Of a DNA stretch of 64,000 nt, positions 37,782 to 47,230 are shown piece by piece. The position numbers and the translations under genes were made by a program. The notes beneath the pieces are model-generated. The model ran no database searches. It was not told the DNA's origin and was given only the letters and a program-made list of their open reading frames with translations. How positions within the stretch are numbered: the stretch's first letter is position 1; every line of letters starts with the position of its first letter. Origin of the DNA: a virus; IMG/VR virus record IMGVR_UViG_3300036939_000082, positions 64,001 through 128,000 of that record. One strand, given 5' to 3'.

Positions 37782-39094
37782 GACCATCCACCCCGACCTA
37801 AAGGTGCGGGGATTCCCAATTATCACTAATTGGATTTCTGCTTCGTAGCACCAGCCTTTCGAGACTTACACTCTTCGGGTCTTACGGTCGCTCCACAGAC
37901 TGAAACGGCTAGCCCAGCCGCCAAAATATTTTTTGCCGCATTAATGTCGCGGTCATGCTTCGTTCCACAATCAGGACATTTCCATTCCCGGATACTTAAG
38001 GGCATTTTTTCAACAATGTGACCGCAGTTTCCACAACGCTTAGAACTGGGAAACCAGCGGTCTATTTTTATCAAGTCGCGTCCGTACCAGTCACACTTGT
38101 AACTTAGCTGGCGAATTAATTCACCCCAGCTAGCGTCACTGATAGCAAAGGCTAACTTGTGGTTCTTTACCATGTTCTTGATGGCTAAATCTTCAACTAC
38201 AATCGTTTGGTTTTCACGAATGAGTTGAGTCGTTAGCTTGTGAAGAAAATCTTTGCGGACATCGACTATCTGCGCGTAGACTTTGGCGACTCGTTTCCGA
38301 GCCTTTTCCCGATTATTGCTGCCCTTCTGCTTCCTTGCTAAATCTTTTTGCTTTCTCTTCAGCTTTTTCCGAAGCTTTTTAAAAGTTCTTGGATTAGCGA
38401 TTTTGTCGCCGTCGCTAGTAGCAATCAGACTGGTGATTCCCATATCCAGTCCGATTGTTTTCTTTATTTTAGGAAACGGTTGAATTGTATAATCGTCTAC
38501 CAATATAGAGACAAACCAAAGACCCGCAGGCGTCAATTTTACCGTAATAGTAGACGGGATGCACCCTTGAGGAATTTGTTTGCTCCAGCGAATTGGGAGC
38601 GGTTCACTGCATTTAGCTAAAAAAACCTGTCCGTTCTTCCAACGGAAGGCAGACTTGGTAAATTCAGCGCTACCACCGTTATGCTTTTTTTTGAAATTAG
38701 GATACTTGGCTCGCCCTGCAAAAAAGTTGGCGAACGCTGCCTGAAGATGGCGAAGTCCCTGTTGGAGGGGAACGCAGCTAACTTCATTCAGAAAATCGAG
38801 TTCTTCTTCTTTCTTCCAGTGCGTTAGCATTGAAGAAGTTTCACCGTAACCCACTCTTTCTTGGCGCTCGTACCAAGATTCTGTTCGGTAAACCAAAGCC
38901 TTGTTGTACACCAACCGAGTACATCCTATTGTCCGTCGCAAGAGGTTTTCTTGCTCGATAGTTGGGTAAAATCGGTAGCGATAGGCTTTTTCCATCTTCA
39001 CAGTCTAACACGTCTTTTGTGATGTTCTTGGCTGTGTGTTGTATATTTTTGTAAAGCCGTTCTAGAAGGACGGGGTTTCCACCCACTTTTTTTG
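37780..39094 (-). mobile_element. Non-autonomous IS200/IS605 element (tnpB only)
   Basis: Right end GAAT-CCCCG hairpin-TGGATGG-TCAA; left end TCAT|CAAAAAAAG...GAAA-CCCCGTCC hairpin; guide GAAA predicts target TCAT by IS608 pairing rules. Confidence 0.9.
37826..39001 (-). CDS. tnpB: TnpB RNA-guided endonuclease
   Basis: AYRYRFYPT HTH, GLDMG (RuvC I), IVVEDL (II), CGNC/CPDC zinc finger, DRDINAAKNI (III); all catalytic acids present. Confidence 0.97.
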   Translation of the reverse strand: MKMEKAYRYRFYPTIEQENLLRRTIGCTRLVYNKALVYRTESWYERQERVGYGETSSMLTHWKKEEELDFLNEVSCVPLQQGLRHLQAAFANFFAGRAKYPNFKKKHNGGSAEFTKSAFRWKNGQVFLAKCSEPLPIRWSKQIPQGCIPSTITVKLTPAGLWFVSILVDDYTIQPFPKIKKTIGLDMGITSLIATSDGDKIANPRTFKKLRKKLKRKQKDLARKQKGSNNREKARKRVAKVYAQIVDVRKDFLHKLTTQLIRENQTIVVEDLAIKNMVKNHKLAFAISDASWGELIRQLSYKCDWYGRDLIKIDRWFPSSKRCGNCGHIVEKMPLSIREWKCPDCGTKHDRDINAAKNILAAGLAVSVCGATVRPEECKSRKAGATKQKSN

Positions 39095-39104
39095 ATGATT
39101 TTAC

Positions 39105-40130
39105 TTGAAAATGGTTAAATCATTTGATTATAGCAGTTTGTCTGTTCAAGATCGCGAGCTGTACCAGTGGGGACAGAACCTTCCGCTGGGCATATTTTTA
39201 AACGGCGATCGCCTCCGCGAGTACACCCTCAAGCCGTACATTGGCCATCACGACGTGCTGCTCGGACGGCTTGAAGATGAAAATAGGGAAACCCCCGATC
39301 GCCTGATCCGGATTTTTTCGCAGTTCTTGCCGCAAATTGTGGAGACGATCGACGGGTGGCCGCTTGCCGAGGTAGCTGCCAAGCTAAACACTTCGCCTCC
39401 GCGCTTGTTTCAAGGGATGTACCTAGCTGATATTTTGAGCTTGCTTTTGAATGTTAGGTGCAAGGGAACGGGGCCTCAAATTGCGATTCCTTGTACCTGT
39501 CCTTACTGCGGTCACAAAATCAACCACAGAGAATCGGGCGATCTCTACACCCACGATTTATCTTCTGTGATACTGCGAGGATGCGATACGCTCCTCAACC
39601 CTCCATTGTTTCACGTACAGTTAGCTCGTCCAGTCGATAATACCGACAAGTGTTACTGGGAACCTCCAAGATTTAAAGAAGTTTCTTTGGAAGCAAGCGA
39701 CGCATTTTCCAAGATTAAGTTGCAGGCAGCAGATGCTTTGATCTCCATGTCCGATGAAATGCTCGATAAATTGCATTACCGAGACTACAATAAAATTCAG
39801 CGGGCGATCGGGCAAATGTGGTTCGGTCCGGAGCAAACGATTCCGATGGACTGCCCGAGCTGTCGGGGAGAATGGGTATCGTTCGTCAATTCCGATTTTT
39901 ACTTCTCAACGTTTACTCCGCCACGACCAAATCAAAAAATTGGTTCTGTTGAGAAATATTTTAACGAACTCGATTTTTTCTTCCGAACCGGAGAGCAAGC
40001 TCCTCGAAACGACGTATTTGAGATGACTCCTTCTTCTAGAGAGTTTTGGATTAAAAAATTGTCAGAAATGTACAAAAAACAAAAAGAAGAAATGGATAAA
40101 TCAGCAGCAAAATCTAAAAGTAGGCGCTAA
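39105..40130 (+). CDS. Baseplate hub assembly chaperone (T4 gp26-like, with gp51-like C-terminus)
   Basis: DILSLLLNVR..GTG....CTCPYCG, CPSC, and C-terminal DVFEMTPSSREFWIKKLSE. Confidence 0.65.
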   Translation: MKMVKSFDYSSLSVQDRELYQWGQNLPLGIFLNGDRLREYTLKPYIGHHDVLLGRLEDENRETPDRLIRIFSQFLPQIVETIDGWPLAEVAAKLNTSPPRLFQGMYLADILSLLLNVRCKGTGPQIAIPCTCPYCGHKINHRESGDLYTHDLSSVILRGCDTLLNPPLFHVQLARPVDNTDKCYWEPPRFKEVSLEASDAFSKIKLQAADALISMSDEMLDKLHYRDYNKIQRAIGQMWFGPEQTIPMDCPSCRGEWVSFVNSDFYFSTFTPPRPNQKIGSVEKYFNELDFFFRTGEQAPRNDVFEMTPSSREFWIKKLSEMYKKQKEEMDKSAAKSKSRR

Positions 40131-40196
40131 TACAGATTGAAATGGCAATTGTCCGATCGCCCTCTTTCAAAAAACACCTTACCGTTAATAAAAATT

Positions 40197-40481
40197 ATGA
40201 TTTGTGTAGACTACTTACAAACAATCAAACCGAAAAGTAAGTCAGTATCAAGATTTGGTAACCAATGGTGTCATCTCTTTTCCGATAATGGAAATATTGA
40301 AGAGTTGCATCAAATGGCACTCAAAATAGGCTTGAAAAAATCCTATTTTCAAAATCACGCTTTTTTGCCTCATTACGACTTGATTCCTAGCAAAAGGGAA
40401 TTAGCTCTAAAAAATGGGGGCGATCGAAAAAGAGTCAGCTTCAACCATTCGCGAAGCAATGTTAAAGGCAAAAGCAAATAG
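40197..40481 (+). CDS. DUF4031-like protein
   Basis: ICVD...WCHLFSD...EELHQMALKIGLKKSYFQ...PHYDL...KRELAL. Confidence 0.8.
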   Translation: MICVDYLQTIKPKSKSVSRFGNQWCHLFSDNGNIEELHQMALKIGLKKSYFQNHAFLPHYDLIPSKRELALKNGGDRKRVSFNHSRSNVKGKSK

Positions 40482-40520
40482 ACAAATAATTTAGTTCCGC
40501 TTGTCTGATTGCCTACCAAT

Positions 40521-40565
40521 AAAAAAAAGGTCACATCAAGAATATATTCTTAGCGTGACTTTTTT
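40521..40565. terminator. Bidirectional terminator
   Basis: AAAAAAAAGGTCAC...GTGACTTTTTT. Confidence 0.7.
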
Positions 40566-40645
40566 GTTGTAAAATTGGCGTTAAGGGCAATCGATCCAAA
40601 CGATTTGCACTTAACTAAACACTCAACTCTATACCGGAGAGCCAA

Positions 40646-41134
40646 ATGTCTAAAGCAATGGTATCATGGTTCGATCAATTTCCAGAATATAATGGTCAGA
40701 AAATTGAAATCCGAGGCAAGTATGGGTATGTCTCGGTTCGAGATATTAGCAAAGCACTCGGAAAACGATTCAACAACTGGACTAGAACCCAATTTGCAAA
40801 AGACGTGTTAGAAGAACTTTCACTTTTAACGGGTCTGCCCGTCGCTAATGCTGACACAGAATTAGCGATCAAGAGCGACTACTCAGAAATGAGTAGTCGC
40901 TCAAAAGCTTTGATAGACTACGTTAGAGGCGATGAAGGATCTATTTTTGTTCATCCATCAGTAGCGTTCGCTTATTCAATGTCAGATGCTCGATTTTTTG
41001 CTCGGATCAGTCTGTGGTTGTCGCAAATGCAGGAATTTGGGACAGTAAACCCCCACGTTAAAGATTGGACTCAAGAGGAATTTCGTCGCGGGCTACAATT
41101 TAACCGCGACGACATTGACGAACTAAACAGTTAG
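40646..41134 (+). CDS. KilA-N domain protein (antirepressor-like)
   Basis: GYVSVRDISKALGKRFNNWTRT, GSIFVHPSVAFAY. Confidence 0.85.
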   Translation: MSKAMVSWFDQFPEYNGQKIEIRGKYGYVSVRDISKALGKRFNNWTRTQFAKDVLEELSLLTGLPVANADTELAIKSDYSEMSSRSKALIDYVRGDEGSIFVHPSVAFAYSMSDARFFARISLWLSQMQEFGTVNPHVKDWTQEEFRRGLQFNRDDIDELNS

Positions 41135-41136
41135 CC

Positions 41137-42181
41137 CGATCGCCCGCCCGCATCCAAAAACTAAACACACGCCCCGTCAGGGTTCCCTCTGGCGGGTTTT
41201 TTATTTTTATGAGCTTTGAATCAAAAATAACCCCAGAAAAAGTTCAAGCAACGCATATTAAAGAAGGATTTGTGATGGGCTGGATGCCCGGAGTAATTGT
41301 AGATGTAAACGATCCAGAGAAAATCGCCCACCGCCCGAAAAATCAAACACTCGCCCCACCAGGGTTTCCCTCTGGTGGTTTTACATTAAAATGCAAAATA
41401 AAATATGCTAGAATAGTTTCAAAACTAACAGAAAGAACAATGATAGAACACTTAATGATTCAATCCAGATTGTCAGCCATGCTATTTTCTGGATCAATAA
41501 AGTACAGCGATACTCCGCTACCCAGTTCTTTTTTTTCGACTATTTTAATCGGTGGATGCGATGACATTGGAACGTATACTGAGACAACTTACGTGAAAAA
41601 GGTACTGTATTCAACATCAAGCCTTACTTGCTTTGCTTTTGAAGTTGTTGCCGACTTGACTAGACTTTACAGATTAGAGCAAAAAGATAAATACGGTCAT
41701 TCGATGGCACAAATATCTGAATCAGACAAAAAAGGTGTGGTTTTATTGGCTACTCCAATACAAAGCTTTAGTGAATTTGAAGAATTATGGTATTGTGATT
41801 ATACCGAATTACTCATTAAATCTTTAGGTGATTTACCAATAATTAGGACACTGTCTGAACCAATGGTAGCCGTGCGTGAAGAATCTTCCTTGTTGTATTC
41901 ATAAAAATTAACACTCTTCAACCTAAAGGTACGAAGATTCTTTGTTTTATGTGTTGACTTGCTTAGGTAGGATTACTCTAAATCCAGGGTTCTGAATATA
42001 TCCAACAAAAAAAAACTAAACACTCGCCCCGCCAGGGTTTCCCTCTGGTGGTTTTTTATTTTTATGAGTTTTGAATCCAAAATAACCCCAGAAAAAGTCC
42101 AAGCGACGCATATCAAAGAAGGATTTGTGATGGGCTGGATGCCCGGAGTAATTGTAGACGTGAACGATCCAGAGAAGATCG
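41137..42181 (+). repeat. Three copies of the gp5 leader hairpin and two copies of the first 39 gp5 codons
   Basis: CCRYCAGGGTT(T)CCCTCTGGYGGGTTTT at ~41172, ~41356 and ~42028; 41209-41325 vs 42064-42180 differ at 8 synonymous sites only. Confidence 0.92.
41209..41904 (+). CDS. Accessory protein (own ATG at 41440) in frame with a duplicated gp5 N-terminus
   Basis: 231-aa ORF; TGCTAGAAT promoter near 41405 suggests independent expression from MIEHL. Confidence 0.65.
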   Translation: MSFESKITPEKVQATHIKEGFVMGWMPGVIVDVNDPEKIAHRPKNQTLAPPGFPSGGFTLKCKIKYARIVSKLTERTMIEHLMIQSRLSAMLFSGSIKYSDTPLPSSFFSTILIGGCDDIGTYTETTYVKKVLYSTSSLTCFAFEVVADLTRLYRLEQKDKYGHSMAQISESDKKGVVLLATPIQSFSEFEELWYCDYTELLIKSLGDLPIIRTLSEPMVAVREESSLLYS

Positions 42182-45100
42182 GTCGCGTTAAAGTCAAGTG
42201 CGAACTGCTTTCTGAAACCACCAATATGCCGAACGAAGATGACGGCTGGGTTTGGGTGACGGAAGAGTTCACTGCAAATGGCGTACCCGGTGGCTCCCAC
42301 CGTCCGCTAGCTGAGGGTACGTTAGTTGCTTTGATTCCGATGTTTGGCGACCCTACAAAACTGTTAGTATTTGGCTGTTTGCCGAACCGAGTCGATCGCC
42401 CGCATCCAGATTTTGACAGATCGCACGGAGTTACTGGCAGCGCATCGGCGGGCGGCACGATCGAAATCAACAACGACAAAGACGGTTCCTATTTCAAAAC
42501 TTTTGCGAGCAAAGCCGTACAGTCGGTGTCTGGCGACGGTTCTATCCTTCAGGAGTCGCCGGGGAAGGCTAGAGTTCACTTGATGAAAGACGGCGCTGCT
42601 AGCGTTGAAAACGACAATGCCAGCTTTACCGCCTCGCCGGAAGGCAGCTTAAACGCGCGATCTCTCGGCGGTGCCACTATCAATTTGAACAAGGACGGAA
42701 CGCTGTCGATCGCCTGCGCCGAAAAATCTCAGTTGAGCCTGAACAGCAAAAACGCACATTTAGAAGGACCCCTGCGCCGCCATTCGCGCTTGCTTGCTGA
42801 AGCTAGGGGATTTTTGTCGGCAGATTTAGATCGAGGCGTCAAGCTTCTGAAAAAGTTAGAAAAATTAACTGAAGGTTTTGAAACCGGAACGTTCGGCACA
42901 TCGCATTACATTTACGAGGCTGACGGAATTTTGCAGGGGTTGCGAGATGGAATAGCTGTCAACCTGCCAAAAGGAATTGCTATTTTACAAGAACTAAAGT
43001 CTGCTCCTGCTGTCGATTTGGGCGAAAGTTTAGACGGTCAACTGCGCGAAGCTCTGAGGATCGAGTTAGACAAAATAGTTAACATTGCGGAGAAATCGGT
43101 TGCCAAGGACAAACCTGGAAGCGCGATCGTCGCCACCGCGCTGGGGATGATACCGAAGGATCTCAAGAAACTGCTGGCACTATTAGACGCTGAAGAAAAA
43201 AAAGCGCTGTTTGCTAGGCTGGACGCGATCGTCCCCACATTAGATGCGCTGAGGTACGACGTTGTTTTGCAGAAGGAAGCACTAATAGCCGAGATAGTTC
43301 CCAACGGCTGGCATTCGATCGACGCGATCGTCAAAATGCGCTTGCAAGACAAAATCAAAGGAATGGAAGATACTATTAATCCCAAACCGGAGCGCTTAGA
43401 AAAATTTACAATCAAAAAAGAGAAAGAATGGTGGGACGAGCTGCCGGAAAGAGTGCAAGGGGCGATCGGGCAACTCGGGGAATACTCTGAATTCGCTAAA
43501 GGCAATATGGGCATTTACCAGTTGCACAAAGGCGACGAAACCTTGACAGAACAAGCAGTTTCCCGCGTGTTCAGCAACCAAGATTTAAAAGCTGCTAAAT
43601 TCTTGACAAAAGAACAGCTAGCCGACAAAGACCGAGAAGCCAAACAAATTGAAGAAGACAAAAAAAATGTGGACAAGTTGGTTCCCGGCGAATCTCCGCT
43701 ATCAACTTTGTTTGGTGAAGTTATTCAGGGCTTGATCGAAAAAACCGAGAAAACCTTAAATGCAGTATTGAAAGGACAGAAAAGTATTAAAGGAATTGCA
43801 CCGCTAGAACACTTAGCGTTTCTGCTGCTTCGAGACGACGTACTCTTTAACAAAAATATATTAGTTGAACCGCTCAAAGAAGTTGGTAAACATTTTGAAG
43901 TAGCCAATAACTCTTCTGAGGACATCCTGCAAAACTCTGTAGAAAAAGTATTGCCTAAAGCTTGCAAGGAATTGGCGCAAAAATTGATTCCAATCCTAGA
44001 GTCGGCGATCGACGATTACGGCAAATTACTTCGCGCCGTTCCCGACGAACCCAAGGGTGCAAGGATTACAGCCCGCGAAACCTACGTGCAGATGGAGTCA
44101 AATCGCGGCGACAAAGGGGCGATCGCCCGCATTGGCAAAGAAGGTGCTCAGATAATGGGACCGGAGTTTGCTCCCAACCTTCGAGTATCTATGTACGCCG
44201 ACAAAGCCGGCGGAGGTATGAACGCGGGAGAAAAAGGCGGCGGAGTTCGAGTTGAGCGGCGGATGGCAGAGATTCTAGGACCGGAACGCAAAGACGGAGA
44301 GTTGCCGGAGCGGGAGGAAGACAAGCCTGGAACAGGTAAAAAAGGCGGTCGCAAGTTATTTTCCGAAGGGCAGCGGCGGAAGCAAGGCGGCGAACAGGAC
44401 AAAGCTACAAAGCGACCGAGGTACGACGATTTAGAAGAAAAAGACCGGATGGTGCGGACTTCCTTGTTTGCTGACGCTTACGGCGGCGCTGGAACTTTGT
44501 CGGGAGGGCGCGGAGCCGGTTCGATCGTCCACCTAGAAAAAGCCGAGACTTTCGGTCCAGAAATTGAATTGGACGGTAAAAAACTGCGGACTGGCAGTTT
44601 TGTCTTCGCTCAGGAAGCGGGAAGCGAGGCTGCCGACGGTGCGATATCTTACGTTGCGCGCGATCGGGCTGAAGTTCTCGGACCGGAAAGAGCTGAGGGC
44701 GAGTTCAAAGACGAACAAGACGAACCCCCCGCTAGCGATAAAGATGGGTTTGATTTTGACCTCAAGTCGGTCAAGTTTAAGAAGGGGGGCGATCGGGAAG
44801 AAGGTAAAACCGGAAAATTTGCAGATCCGGAAGCTAAGAAAAAATTGAGAACTTGTCTGTTTGCCGATCGGAAAGGACTGGTTGGCGGCAAGTCCGGCGG
44901 GGACGGAGCTTGTTTTTCAGCAGACGAAACCAAAAGCGGAATGCACGGACCGGCGATCGAAATTGAAGGCAAAAAAACTCGGTCTGGGATGCAAGCAGCT
45001 CCCGAAGAAACGGCTATGTTTGCTCCTGGCGACGGAGCTATGACTGTTGTTGGAGCCAACCGCGCTGAAGTTCTGGCTCCTGTTCGCAATGACGGCACTC

Positions 45101-46476
45101 ACGACGACGACGATTACGAACCGCCTAGCGACCTCGGTGGGTTTAAATTTAATCCCTTGGTTGCAAGATCGATGGAAAAAGGAGGTAGCGCAAAAGAGAA
45201 GCAGTTGGAAAAGCCTAAAGAATCCAAATTAAGAAGCTCTATGTGCGCTGAAAAAAATGGAACCGTGTCGATGAAATCTGGTGGCGACGGCGCTTGCAGT
45301 TTTGTCGATCCGGTGAAAAGCGGAATACTCGGTCCAGCTATTGAGAAGGAAGGGAAAAAAGTCAGAACAGAACTGTTTGCGTGGGAAAACGACATCGGCA
45401 TGAAAGGAGCCGGCGAGAAAGCGGCAATCAGCTACGTGAGCGAAAAAATTGGGGAGTTGCTGGGACCGCAAGTCGAAGATGCGATCGGGGAATTGATCCG
45501 TACCAACATTTTTGCTGATGAAAAGTCGGCAACTGTCTGGGCCGGAGGCAAGGATGGAGCGATGACCGTCGTGACTCAAGAGCTTGCCAAGATGCTCGGT
45601 CCGTCGGGCAAAGGTTTGTTGGAAATGGTAAAAACTTACTCTCAATTTGTAGGCGCAGACGGAGTTTCTAAATTGAAGCTTGCCGAGAAAGTTGCTGAAC
45701 TGTTGGGACCTGACGGAAAAAAAGCGATGCAAATCGGCATGGATTTTGTGAAGCTGCTAGGACCCGGCGGATCTCAAATGGCGATGGCAGAACATGGATT
45801 GAAGCTTTTAGGAATCGACGGCAAATCGGGGCTTCAGATGTTGGGTAAAGTAACTAAGCTGTTGGGACCCGGCGGCAAGGTTTCTCTAAGCATCAGTCCG
45901 AAAAAGTTGCTGTCCAAGGGTCTGGGCGGCGTACTCAGCATGGGCGGATCTGGAACATCGCTGTCGTCGATTGGCACAACTGTATTCCGCAACGGCTCTG
46001 AGGATGGTTCTAAGGGTGTGGGAGTATTGCTCGATCCAAAGAGTGGCTTGCTGTCGCTAAGTTCGTTTTTCTCGGGCGACCACAATAAGCCCCCGGCTGC
46101 GACCGACGAAGATAACGACAATGACGACGATAAGCCCGAAGAACCGATCGCCTGGAACCATCAATCTGCTAGGGTAGCGCTTCAAGGGCGCAACGCACAC
46201 ATCCAATCGTTCGACGAAGACGGCTCGTCTTGCAACGAAGTTCTGTGTACGCCGGATGCCGTTTATGTTCAGGGAAAAAAGATTGTGGTGCGATCGCTCT
46301 CAGACCCTGAAGAAGGAGAAGAACCGGAAACACTGCACGAGATCGAGGTTAGCGAAGATGGGGTATTAATTGATGGTGTTAATCTTTCGATTTTGAGCGA
46401 AATTCAGTCGTTAATAAGTTCGATACTTTCTAGGCTTATTTTTCTGGAGTCATCAATGGGTTCTTCTAGTAGATAG
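42064..46476 (+). CDS. Giant gp5/VgrG-like baseplate spike
   Basis: N-terminal OB fold GVIVDVNDPEKIGRVKV...GWVWV...P.EGTLVAL...GDP; later Gly-rich beta repeats (LLGP). Confidence 0.85.
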   Translation: MSFESKITPEKVQATHIKEGFVMGWMPGVIVDVNDPEKIGRVKVKCELLSETTNMPNEDDGWVWVTEEFTANGVPGGSHRPLAEGTLVALIPMFGDPTKLLVFGCLPNRVDRPHPDFDRSHGVTGSASAGGTIEINNDKDGSYFKTFASKAVQSVSGDGSILQESPGKARVHLMKDGAASVENDNASFTASPEGSLNARSLGGATINLNKDGTLSIACAEKSQLSLNSKNAHLEGPLRRHSRLLAEARGFLSADLDRGVKLLKKLEKLTEGFETGTFGTSHYIYEADGILQGLRDGIAVNLPKGIAILQELKSAPAVDLGESLDGQLREALRIELDKIVNIAEKSVAKDKPGSAIVATALGMIPKDLKKLLALLDAEEKKALFARLDAIVPTLDALRYDVVLQKEALIAEIVPNGWHSIDAIVKMRLQDKIKGMEDTINPKPERLEKFTIKKEKEWWDELPERVQGAIGQLGEYSEFAKGNMGIYQLHKGDETLTEQAVSRVFSNQDLKAAKFLTKEQLADKDREAKQIEEDKKNVDKLVPGESPLSTLFGEVIQGLIEKTEKTLNAVLKGQKSIKGIAPLEHLAFLLLRDDVLFNKNILVEPLKEVGKHFEVANNSSEDILQNSVEKVLPKACKELAQKLIPILESAIDDYGKLLRAVPDEPKGARITARETYVQMESNRGDKGAIARIGKEGAQIMGPEFAPNLRVSMYADKAGGGMNAGEKGGGVRVERRMAEILGPERKDGELPEREEDKPGTGKKGGRKLFSEGQRRKQGGEQDKATKRPRYDDLEEKDRMVRTSLFADAYGGAGTLSGGRGAGSIVHLEKAETFGPEIELDGKKLRTGSFVFAQEAGSEAADGAISYVARDRAEVLGPERAEGEFKDEQDEPPASDKDGFDFDLKSVKFKKGGDREEGKTGKFADPEAKKKLRTCLFADRKGLVGGKSGGDGACFSADETKSGMHGPAIEIEGKKTRSGMQAAPEETAMFAPGDGAMTVVGANRAEVLAPVRNDGTHDDDDYEPPSDLGGFKFNPLVARSMEKGGSAKEKQLEKPKESKLRSSMCAEKNGTVSMKSGGDGACSFVDPVKSGILGPAIEKEGKKVRTELFAWENDIGMKGAGEKAAISYVSEKIGELLGPQVEDAIGELIRTNIFADEKSATVWAGGKDGAMTVVTQELAKMLGPSGKGLLEMVKTYSQFVGADGVSKLKLAEKVAELLGPDGKKAMQIGMDFVKLLGPGGSQMAMAEHGLKLLGIDGKSGLQMLGKVTKLLGPGGKVSLSISPKKLLSKGLGGVLSMGGSGTSLSSIGTTVFRNGSEDGSKGVGVLLDPKSGLLSLSSFFSGDHNKPPAATDEDNDNDDDKPEEPIAWNHQSARVALQGRNAHIQSFDEDGSSCNEVLCTPDAVYVQGKKIVVRSLSDPEEGEEPETLHEIEVSEDGVLIDGVNLSILSEIQSLISSILSRLIFLESSMGSSSR

Positions 46477-46579
46477 AACTTGATTGCTGTCGAAAAATAG
46501 AATAATTGTGTTCAAATCTTTGTGGTTGTGTCACAGATGTAGTATAATAGTAATATGTAAACACAAAGCAGTTAACCTC

Positions 46580-47122
46580 ATGAATCTCCAACAACACGCA
46601 GTATCTGTTATGTCCGTAGAGCAATTAATCAGCTTTGGTTCTTCAAATTTTTACGACGAAAACTGTGAGGAACTAGACCTGTTTCCTATTTTATCTTGGA
46701 AAGACATTGTTAATTGGGTTACGTGGTTTTTAGATGAAAAGCCTCGACAGGATTTTAGTCCAGAGGCTATTCGGGAGACAATTGAAGAATGGTTTCCTTC
46801 TGAGTACCATTTTGACGGTGACACCTATGTTTCCGATCCTGAAATTTACCAATCTGAACTAGAAGAGTCTGTTGCTCGTTATGAAGAAATAGACTACTTG
46901 CCACAGATCGGTAAATGCAAGTTTTATCCGACGCTAGGCACGATCGTTTTTAAAGGAATAAACTATTATGAGGATTCTAACATTTTCAACGATAGTGGTT
47001 ATACCTACAAGCGAACTGAGTCTGTATGTAGGATTTCTGTTCAAGAATATGAAGCTAAGATTCTTGCTATGCAAGAAAAAATGACGGTGGCACTGCTTCA
47101 CCTAAAGCGACCAACTGAATAA
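46580..47122 (+). CDS. Hypothetical acidic accessory protein
   Basis: ORF from MNLQQH; TAGTATAAT near 46544; terminator 47161-47202. Confidence 0.7.
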   Translation: MNLQQHAVSVMSVEQLISFGSSNFYDENCEELDLFPILSWKDIVNWVTWFLDEKPRQDFSPEAIRETIEEWFPSEYHFDGDTYVSDPEIYQSELEESVARYEEIDYLPQIGKCKFYPTLGTIVFKGINYYEDSNIFNDSGYTYKRTESVCRISVQEYEAKILAMQEKMTVALLHLKRPTE

Positions 47123-47230
47123 CAAATATCTTTTGGGTTGCGAAAAAGACCAATAAACTAAAAAGCTCATTGATAAATTGAATTTTATCAACGAGCTTTT
47201 TAATTAGAGTAGATCGAGTAAACCAAAATA

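Noticed and set aside
37780-39094. Autonomous IS with tnpA, or an IStron
   Set aside because: Only about 90 bp lie between the left end and tnpB; no Y1/serine transposase or group I intron core seen
39105-40130. Programmed frameshift typical of tail assembly chaperones
   Set aside because: Single continuous ORF; no overlapping second frame needed
41973-42479. 168-aa minus-strand ORF, and similar ORFs opposite gp5, sheath, portal, rep and hub genes
   Set aside because: Antisense shadows of strongly supported genes
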